A DNA stretch of 64,000 nt from an uncultured Candidatus Rokubacteria bacterium. GTDB taxonomy: Bacteria > Methylomirabilota > Methylomirabilia > Rokubacteriales > DASRDR01. A program made the position numbers and the translations under genes. Under the pieces are notes generated by a model. The model ran no database searches, was not told the DNA's origin, and saw only the letters and a list, made by a program, of their open reading frames with translations. The stretch covers positions 352,001 to 416,000 of the forward strand of contig CAWDVE010000016.1 of the NCBI GenBank assembly GCA_963805625.1, given 5' to 3'. This document shows positions 57,468 through 64,000 of this stretch, in pieces (the stretch's first letter is position 1; every line of letters starts with the position of its first letter).

Positions 57468-57787
57468 TCAGGCCCGGGCTCCTGCTCACGTTCGCCGCCA
57501 TGGGCGCGGCGACCTATCTGACGCGCGCCCCGTTGCTCCTCGCGCTGGCGCGGCGGCGGCTGCCGGGCTGGGTCGAGCGGTACTTCGCGGCGCTCCCGAT
57601 CGCCTTGCTCACGGCCCTCGCGCTGCCCCTGGTCATTCTCGGCTCCGGGGACGGCGCGCCGGCGTGGGTGACCGATCTCCCGGCGGCCGCGGCCGTCGCC
57701 GTCCTCGCCCGCGGCACGGGGCATCTCCTGGTGGCCGTCGCGGGCGGCGTGGTCCTCGCCGCCGCGCTGCGCGCCCTGCTAGGATAG
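57464..57787 (+). CDS. azlD: AzlD-family protein
   Basis: MGAATYLTRAP, ATGA overlap with azlC. Confidence 0.85.
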   Translation: MIRPGLLLTFAAMGAATYLTRAPLLLALARRRLPGWVERYFAALPIALLTALALPLVILGSGDGAPAWVTDLPAAAAVAVLARGTGHLLVAVAGGVVLAAALRALLG

Positions 57788-57847
57788 ACGCGTGGAATCG
57801 GGCGTGAGGGTAGTTCACTGAGCGTCGGCGCGGCCGAGTCGTTCACG

Positions 57848-59452
57848 GTGGAGGAGCGGGCGAAGCTGGCCCCGTACTTCACCAGCGTCGACACCCCGGT
57901 CTTCGCGCTCGTCAACCTTCCCGAGGTCGTCAAGGGCGCCCTCTTCGCGCGCTACTCACGCTCCCCCAAGTCTCTTCGCCGGCTGTTCCTCGACGAGTTC
58001 GCGGGCACGGCGGCGCTGGCGGGGGAGGGGACCGCCCCCGCCGGGGACGTTGGCATCGCGCGAGCGGAGAGCCTCTTCGAGCGCGTCTTCGTCGAGTACG
58101 GGGACGACTCGGTGGCGCAGCTAGGGGGCGTCCACCTCGCGTGCGAGGGCGTTTCCAACGTCCTCACGAAGCTCCTCGAGTGGGGCCGTCTCATGGCCTA
58201 CCTCGAGCAGTCGACCCGCTACGTCCCCTACGCGGACCGGCCCGGCGGGCACTGGCGCTACCACGTGCCGGCGGAGGTCCGCGGGACACCGCTCGAGCGC
58301 GAGTTCGGGGCGACGCTCGACCTCATGTTCGAAACGTACGCTCGGTGGCTCGAGCCGATGCAGGAGCACTTCCGCCGGCGCCACCCGCCTCAGCCGTCGG
58401 ACTCCGAGGTCGTCTACCGGAACACCATACGGGCGAAGGCGCTCGACACCCTCCGCGGGCTCCTTCCGGCCGCGACGCGGTCGAACGTGGGACTCTACGG
58501 CACGGGCCAGGCGTACGAGGCCCTCCTCCTGCGCCTTCGCGCGTCGCCGCTCGCCGAGGCGCGCGCGTGCGCGGACCTCATGCTGACCGAGCTGCGCAAG
58601 ATGATTCCGGCTTTCCTTCGGCGCGTGGATGCCCCCGACCGCGGCGGCGCCTGGTCGGCCTACCTCGCGGCCACGAGTGCGGCCGCGGAGTCGGCGGCCG
58701 CCGCCGCGCTCGGCCAGATCGCTCCGGAGCCGCGCCCGGAGGTGGTGCTCGCGGACTTCGATCCCGAGGGCGAGGTGAAGGTCGTGGCCGCCGCGCTCTA
58801 CGCCGTCTCGGGCCACCCCGACGACCAGCTCCTCGCGCTCGCCCGCCGGATGACCACCCAGGAGCGGGCGGCGGTCCTGCGCGCGTACGTGGGCGAGCGT
58901 GCGAACCGGCGGCACAAGCCGGGACGCGCCTTCGAGCGGACGAGCTACCGGTTCGACATCCTCACGGACTACGGCGCGTTCCGCGACCTCCAGCGGCACC
59001 GGCTCCTGTCGCTCGAGTGGCAGCCGCTCGGTCCCCGGCACGGCTACGCCATTCCCGAGGCGGTGGAGGAGAGCGGCGGCGGCACCGATTGGCGACGGGT
59101 CATGGAAGCCTCGGCCGCGCTCCACGACGCGGTGTCCGCCGTGGGCCTCGCCCCGGCGGCGCCCTACGCCGTGTGCATGGCCTACCGGATCCGCTTCTAC
59201 ATGGAGATGAACGCTCGCGAGGCGATGCACGTGCTCGAGCTCCGGACCGCACCCCAGGGCCACCCTGCCTACCGGCGCGTCTGCCAGGCGATGCATCGCC
59301 TCATCGCGGAGCAGGCCGGCCACCACGGGCTCGCGGCGGCCATGCGCTTCGTCGACCACTCGGCCGTCGAGCTGGAGCGGCTCGAGGCGGAGCGCCGCAC
59401 CGACGCCCGGCGGCGCGCGCTATCGGAGGCGGGGCCGACCGAGCGCGGGTGA
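57848..59452 (+). CDS. thyX: FAD-dependent thymidylate synthase, tandem-domain ThyX
   Basis: ARYSRS, EQSTRY, RGLLPAAT, RDLQRHRLLS, ELRTAPQGH. Confidence 0.88.
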   Translation: MEERAKLAPYFTSVDTPVFALVNLPEVVKGALFARYSRSPKSLRRLFLDEFAGTAALAGEGTAPAGDVGIARAESLFERVFVEYGDDSVAQLGGVHLACEGVSNVLTKLLEWGRLMAYLEQSTRYVPYADRPGGHWRYHVPAEVRGTPLEREFGATLDLMFETYARWLEPMQEHFRRRHPPQPSDSEVVYRNTIRAKALDTLRGLLPAATRSNVGLYGTGQAYEALLLRLRASPLAEARACADLMLTELRKMIPAFLRRVDAPDRGGAWSAYLAATSAAAESAAAAALGQIAPEPRPEVVLADFDPEGEVKVVAAALYAVSGHPDDQLLALARRMTTQERAAVLRAYVGERANRRHKPGRAFERTSYRFDILTDYGAFRDLQRHRLLSLEWQPLGPRHGYAIPEAVEESGGGTDWRRVMEASAALHDAVSAVGLAPAAPYAVCMAYRIRFYMEMNAREAMHVLELRTAPQGHPAYRRVCQAMHRLIAEQAGHHGLAAAMRFVDHSAVELERLEAERRTDARRRALSEAGPTERG

Positions 59453-59481
59453 ACCGTGCGAGCGGCTCGGGCGGCTCGAGC

Positions 59482-60384
59482 TCAGGCCCGAGCACCCCGG
59501 GGTACCGCGCCCGAGTCGGCCTCGATGAGGGCAGCCAGCTCCCCGAGCCCCGCGAGGCACCGCGGCCGCCGGAGGCGACGAATGGGCACTGCCGCGGCGA
59601 GCCGCGCGCACTGGGCGAGGAAGCTCGGCGAGCCGAGCAGCTCGAGCGCCGGCGCGACATAGGTGTGCTGGAGCAGCTCGAAGACCGCCGCGTGGCCGCT
59701 GAGGGGCTCGAGCCCCAGCGATTCGGTCTCGGTCAGCACGTAGACCCGCCGTAGGGGTCGCGGTGCCGTCGCCACGGTGTCCGCGACTCGCGCCCGCTTC
59801 TCCTCGCTCGCGTGTAGGCGCGGCAGGTCCTCCGGGCTCTCCCCCAGCGCCATTACCGCATCGGGCCACAGCTTGAGCAAGGGGAACCCCGGCAGGGCGG
59901 CCGGTCCGCCCGAGGCCGCCAGGTCCAGGGCGACCACGTCGTCCGCAACGATGGCCCCGCCCCGCGCGTGCAGCGTTGCGGCCGTGGTCGATTTTCCGTG
60001 GCCGGAGTGGCCGAGGAACGCCACCACGCCGCCGTCGAGGCTCACGGCACTTGCGTGGAGGACCAGGAATCCACGCTGGTGGAGGAGGAGCGCGAGCACC
60101 GGTCCCAGCAGATAGAGGCGCAGCAGGTCGAGAGCCGACTCGGGCTGCGGGTCGAGGGTGATCTCGCGCCCGTGACGCAGGAGGACCGCGCCAACGTCCG
60201 GCCAGTAGAGACAGATCTCGTCGGCGTTCGCGCGGAGGAGGCAATCGCCCACCGGCGGGTCGCTTGGGACGCCGGGGACGTGCCCGAGACGAACCACCAC
60301 GTCGGGTGGGGCTCGTCCCGGGATGAGCTCGGGAAGCTCCAGGGCCGAGTGGATGCTCAGGCCGTACGCGACGTAGGTGAACAC
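59482..60384 (-). CDS. HPr kinase-like kinase of a lasso-peptide cluster
   Basis: YxAYGLxIxS start, LHASAV, GHSGHGKST Walker A, ADDVV, LKLWPD. Confidence 0.85.
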   Translation of the reverse strand: MFTYVAYGLSIHSALELPELIPGRAPPDVVVRLGHVPGVPSDPPVGDCLLRANADEICLYWPDVGAVLLRHGREITLDPQPESALDLLRLYLLGPVLALLLHQRGFLVLHASAVSLDGGVVAFLGHSGHGKSTTAATLHARGGAIVADDVVALDLAASGGPAALPGFPLLKLWPDAVMALGESPEDLPRLHASEEKRARVADTVATAPRPLRRVYVLTETESLGLEPLSGHAAVFELLQHTYVAPALELLGSPSFLAQCARLAAAVPIRRLRRPRCLAGLGELAALIEADSGAVPRGARA

Positions 60385-60425
60385 GGGCGGCCGGCTCGGC
60401 GGCTGAGTCTCGGGAAGCCTGACCG

Positions 60426-60959
60426 TCAGGCCACGGGCGCGCCCTCGCGCACCGCGAGCTCGACGTGGAGGGCGGCGGTTTCCCCGCGGAGCGCCGTCAG
60501 CTCGCGCTCGAGAGCCTCGAGCCGGGCCGTCTGGGTCTGGACCAGGCCGTGGAGGCCCTGGAGGGCCGCGAGGGCAACGCCGGCGGCGTCGAGGGGGAAG
60601 ATGTGCCGGTCGTCCGCGCCCAGGCCGAAGGCGGCGGCGAAGTCCTGGGCCATCGGGCCGAGATGGCGAACGGTCTCACCTTTGTAGGACCACCGCTCGA
60701 TCGGCAGTGCCGCGACCGCGGCCAAGATCTCGCGGAGATCGACCGACTCGAAGCCTTCCTTGACGTTCCGGTCGCTGTCGTCTGCCGGACTGATCTGGGC
60801 GAAGGTGAGGGCGGGCACGCGCCCGTGTTCGGTGAGACGCGGGCGCGTGTACGGCTTCAGCGCGCTCGCGGGCGCCTGCTTCGCGGGCCCGGCTGCCGGC
60901 TGTCCATCCGTGAGGTCCGGCTCGTTCGTCGGTGTCTGGTCCGAGATGCTCAGTTCCAT
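60426..60959 (-). CDS. Lasso-type RiPP precursor A1: leader, short core and Peptidase S74 chaperone domain
   Basis: PYTRPRLTEHGRVPALT leader; SDRNVK..WSYK..RHLGPMAQDF..D..GVALAALQGL and coiled coil; AGGAGG RBS. Confidence 0.88.
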   Translation of the reverse strand: MELSISDQTPTNEPDLTDGQPAAGPAKQAPASALKPYTRPRLTEHGRVPALTFAQISPADDSDRNVKEGFESVDLREILAAVAALPIERWSYKGETVRHLGPMAQDFAAAFGLGADDRHIFPLDAAGVALAALQGLHGLVQTQTARLEALERELTALRGETAALHVELAVREGAPVA

Positions 60960-61441
60960 GGCGCCCCTCCTGAGAGTCGGTGGATCAGGCTGACGACACC
61001 GCCCACCGCAAGCATGGGGTGAGGGAAGCGGATGCGCTGCCGGGGCCCATCATGCGCGAACGCGGGCATCGGTGCCACCGGCTCTGGCCGTTAGGCCACG
61101 GGCTCGCCCTCGCGCAGGGCGAGTTCGAGCCGGAGGGCAGCGGCCTCCCCGCGGAGCGCCGCCAACTCGCGCTCGAGAGCCTCGAGCCGGGCCGTCTGGG
61201 TCTGCACCAGACTGTGGAGGCCCTGGAGGGCCGCGAGGGCGACGCCGGCGGCGTCGAGGGGAAAGATGTGGCGGTCGTCCGCCCCGAGGCCGAAGGCGGC
61301 GGCGAAGTCCTGGGCCATCGGGCCGAGATGGCGAACCGCCTCCCCCTGGTAGGACCACCGCTCGATCGGCAGCGCCGCGACCGCAGCCAGGACCGCCCGC
61401 GAATCAACCGGCGCGAAGCCATCCTTCAGGCTTCGATCGCT
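60426..61441 (-). repeat. Tandem duplication of the S74-coding segment (about 60426-60776 and 61091-61441)
   Basis: Near-identical DNA and protein over the ~350 nt C-terminal parts of both precursors. Confidence 0.9.
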
Positions 61442-61579
61442 CGGTGTCGACAAGTCCGCCAGTGTTGCCTGCGCGATCTTCCCGTGCTCGGTGAGCCGAG
61501 GCGTGACGTAGGGCTTCCGCTCCGACTCCGGCCGTCGCGGTTCCGGGGACTTCATCTTCTCTGCGGGTTTGGGCTCCAT
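61091..61579 (-). CDS. Lasso-type RiPP precursor A2: leader, short core and Peptidase S74 chaperone domain
   Basis: PYVTPRLTEHGKIAQAT leader; SDRSLK..WSYQ..RHLGPMAQDF; GGAGAGGAG RBS before MEPKP. Confidence 0.88.
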   Translation of the reverse strand: MEPKPAEKMKSPEPRRPESERKPYVTPRLTEHGKIAQATLADLSTPSDRSLKDGFAPVDSRAVLAAVAALPIERWSYQGEAVRHLGPMAQDFAAAFGLGADDRHIFPLDAAGVALAALQGLHSLVQTQTARLEALERELAALRGEAAALRLELALREGEPVA

Positions 61580-61638
61580 CGGGTGTGCTCCTCTCCACGA
61601 GGTTGAGGGGGAATCCGGATCCTGGGCCCGCCTGCGTC

Positions 61639-63519
61639 TTACCGGATGGCGCGCCGAAGCCAGAGAGTGAGCATGGCGAGCCGCCACACGCGGCGCACGT
61701 CCGTCGGCGCGCCTCTGTGGAGGTACCCGCGGTGCGCGCGGCGGATGGAATCCGCCGGCACGTACGGCGCGAGCACGCTGAGCGCCTCCTTCATGAGGCG
61801 CCCGAGTCGCTCCCGTCCGTAGACGGCGAGCGCCGAGCCGAGCATCAGGTCGAGGGGGGCTTTCCCCGGGCGGTCCCGGATCTCCGGGGGCAGGAGTGAG
61901 CCCAGCGCGTGACGCGCCACCACGCGCGTGCGCCCTTGTCGGATCTTCTGGGATGCCGGGAGCGCGAGACAGAACTCCATGACGCGGCGGTCGAGAAAGG
62001 GGTCGCGCACGTCGACGCCCGCGGTCGCGCCCAACGCGGCAACCGTCTCCAGGATGGCGGCGAGCCGGGCCGAGGTCAGGAGACGCCAGTGCTCGTGCCG
62101 CGCGCCCTCGACGTTTCCACCGCTCCAGTGGGGCGCCGCAGCACGAAGACGCTCGTTGAGATGGATCCGTCGAGCGAAGTCGGCGCGGATCAGCGGCGGC
62201 GCGAGGAACCCCCGGTAACGCAGGTGTCGCCAGGCCCGACGGAACAGCGGCGGAGCCACGGCGCCCGCGACCCCGCGCAGCGTCCGCCAGCTCGGTCGCT
62301 GGAACGAGCGCGAGAGCTGCTGGACCTCACGGCCGAGTGCCAGCCAGCGTCCCTGGCGGGCGAGGTCGTGGAGATACCCCGTTCCATGCGAGACGACGAG
62401 GTCGCCCCCAGTTCCCTCCAGGAAGACCCGCGCGCCGTCGGACCGCGCTGCGCGGTACAGAGCTCCGTGCATGTAGTAGCCGGGAGCGTGAAACGTCTCG
62501 TCCTCCCGGCCCGGCAACCCCTCGAGATCGCCCAGCGGGTCGAGCGTGTCGCCGGGCAGATGCCGGGGCGCGAGCCCGCCCTGGGCCTCGACGGCGGCGA
62601 CGTAGGCGCCCTCGTCGCAGCGCGGGATCGTCGGGAAGCGCGCGGTGTAGGTCGCCAGCGGTCCCGTCCCCGCCGCTTCCTGGACCGCCCGGGCGACGCA
62701 CACCACGGACGACGAGTCGAGCCCGCCGCTCAGCGCGGCGGCGGCCGGGGAGACACTTCGCAGGCGCCACCGCACCGCGTCGGTGAACAGCTCCCGGAAC
62801 TGCTCCGCGTACTCGGCGTCCGACGCCGGGCGGAGCTCGCGGGTCGGATCGAGCTGCCAGTAGGCGCGTGCGGCGGCACCGCCGGTGGTCACGGTGAGGC
62901 AATGGCCCGCCGGGAGGCGGAGGATGCCCTCGTAGAACGTCGCCGCCCGGTCGTCGAGGCCGGGGACGAGGCAGGCGGCGATCCTGATCTCGTCGAGCCG
63001 GCGCGGGACGTCCGGAACCGCGAGCAGGGCTTTGGTCTCCGAGGCGACCGCGACCACCCGGGATCCGAGGTGATAGTAGAAAGGCTTGACGCCCGCCGGG
63101 TCGCGCGCGCAGAAGAGCACGCGCCGCCGGGCGTCCCAGAGCGCGAACGCGAAGTCACCCAGCAGGTGCGCCGGGCACTCCTTGCCCCAGCGCTCCCAGG
63201 CGCGGAGGACGAGCTCCCCGTCGCTGACCCCGTCGGCGGCTCGATGGACGAGCCCCAGGGTCGACATGAGCTCCGCCCGGTTGTCGAGACGCACGTCGGC
63301 GGTCACGACGACCTCGCCGGTGTCGCCGGCCAGCGGGAGCTTCTGCTGGAGCGACTCGGGCGTCGCATGGAGCATCCGGTGGCCGAGGCCGACCGGACCG
63401 TCCAGCCACGTGCCCACCGCGTCGGCGACGCGGGGAGCCAGGCGCTCGATCATCCGGTCGAGCGTCGCCTGATGAAGTGGCGCACCGTCGAGGCGCCAGA
63501 CCGCGGCGATGCTGCTCAC
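61639..63519 (-). CDS. Lasso peptide cyclase (asparagine synthetase-like, protein C)
   Basis: Starts MSSIAA (no Ntn Cys), RLDNR, GDFAFALWD, ARD..G.KPFYY, LSGGLDSS, GTGGD, PFLDRRV. Confidence 0.9.
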   Translation of the reverse strand: MSSIAAVWRLDGAPLHQATLDRMIERLAPRVADAVGTWLDGPVGLGHRMLHATPESLQQKLPLAGDTGEVVVTADVRLDNRAELMSTLGLVHRAADGVSDGELVLRAWERWGKECPAHLLGDFAFALWDARRRVLFCARDPAGVKPFYYHLGSRVVAVASETKALLAVPDVPRRLDEIRIAACLVPGLDDRAATFYEGILRLPAGHCLTVTTGGAAARAYWQLDPTRELRPASDAEYAEQFRELFTDAVRWRLRSVSPAAAALSGGLDSSSVVCVARAVQEAAGTGPLATYTARFPTIPRCDEGAYVAAVEAQGGLAPRHLPGDTLDPLGDLEGLPGREDETFHAPGYYMHGALYRAARSDGARVFLEGTGGDLVVSHGTGYLHDLARQGRWLALGREVQQLSRSFQRPSWRTLRGVAGAVAPPLFRRAWRHLRYRGFLAPPLIRADFARRIHLNERLRAAAPHWSGGNVEGARHEHWRLLTSARLAAILETVAALGATAGVDVRDPFLDRRVMEFCLALPASQKIRQGRTRVVARHALGSLLPPEIRDRPGKAPLDLMLGSALAVYGRERLGRLMKEALSVLAPYVPADSIRRAHRGYLHRGAPTDVRRVWRLAMLTLWLRRAIR

Positions 63520-63947
63520 CGATGAGGATCCAGCACCGGCAAGGGAACGTAGCGCGCTTCGACGGGGCCGCCGATCAGGATCCGCCCGTCCCGCTCGAGC
63601 CACGCGTGTGCCTCGAAGGCCCGGCCGGAGCCGCCGGCGACGCCGAGCCGAAGCTGACTCGCGTGCCCGCGCCGCGCGAGCAGTGCCTGCGCCGCGAGCG
63701 CTCGGACGAGGCACGTCGTCCGCGGCACGAGCCGGTCGGCCGCTCCCACCGCCCAGACGATGCGCTCGACCGATGGTTCGCCGCCTCGAGGCCGAGGGCG
63801 ATTCGCGAGGGCGCCGCTCGCTCGGTGAACCCACCGGAAGGGCAGCATCCACAGCCCGACACGGGTCGCCGCCAGGAGCCCGGTCGCGGCCACGATCAGG
63901 CGCCGCTCGGCTGGCGGCAGGGCGATGAACCTAGCGAGGCTTCCCAT
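63516..63947 (-). CDS. Lasso peptide leader peptidase B2 (transglutaminase-like)
   Basis: TCLVRALA..LRLGV..FEAHAWLE Cys/His motifs; GTGA overlap with the cyclase. Confidence 0.92.
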   Translation of the reverse strand: MGSLARFIALPPAERRLIVAATGLLAATRVGLWMLPFRWVHRASGALANRPRPRGGEPSVERIVWAVGAADRLVPRTTCLVRALAAQALLARRGHASQLRLGVAGGSGRAFEAHAWLERDGRILIGGPVEARYVPLPVLDPHR

Positions 63948-64000
63948 CGGAGACCTCGACGAGCCCAGCCTCGGCCATCGTTTGGAGCAGCGTGACGAGG
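63931..64000 (-). CDS. PqqD-family RiPP recognition element (B1), C-terminal fragment
   Basis: ...LVTLLQTMAEAGLVEVSDGKPR* matches PqqD C-terminal helix-strand and overlaps the B2 start. Confidence 0.75.
   Translation of the reverse strand, partial: LVTLLQTMAEAGLVEVSDGKPR

Noticed and set aside
60426-61579. Prophage tail-fibre genes, suggested by the S74 domain
   Set aside because: No fibre body and no other phage genes nearby; the N-termini are lasso leaders inside a RiPP operon.
61639-63852. Housekeeping asparagine synthetase AsnB using the longer ORF start
   Set aside because: Lacks the N-terminal catalytic Cys and sits with B1/B2 genes; the likely start is the GTG at 63519 overlapping the B2 stop.

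Overview
High-GC bacterial window. Gene content (many Tat-exported ABC binding proteins, liv genes, tol-pal, a double-zinc-ribbon cyclase remnant) is suggestive of Candidatus Rokubacteria/Methylomirabilota, which is inference only. From left to right it contains: a peptide-type ABC operon, a tRNA-Thr(CGT) 3'-half att-like scar, a molybdopterin oxidoreductase, a stressosome (rsbR-S-T-X-like) operon wired to two hybrid histidine kinases, a liv-type ABC system with FAD oxidoreductases, a RelE/Phd toxin-antitoxin pair, a catabolic ABC cluster with an Xsc-like ThDP enzyme, an ArnT-like membrane protein, a NarL two-component pair, plant-like thrC-metB, the tol-pal operon, lgt, a GGDEF protein, azlCD and thyX. 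The standout is at the right edge (59.5-64 kb, minus strand): a lasso-peptide-type RiPP cluster (PqqD/RRE B1, B2 peptidase, AsnB-like cyclase, HPr-kinase-like kinase). Its two precursors carry a canonical lasso leader and a very short core fused directly to a Peptidase S74 (phage tail-fibre intramolecular chaperone, self-cleaving) domain. All family assignments are from motif recognition; no database searches were run.
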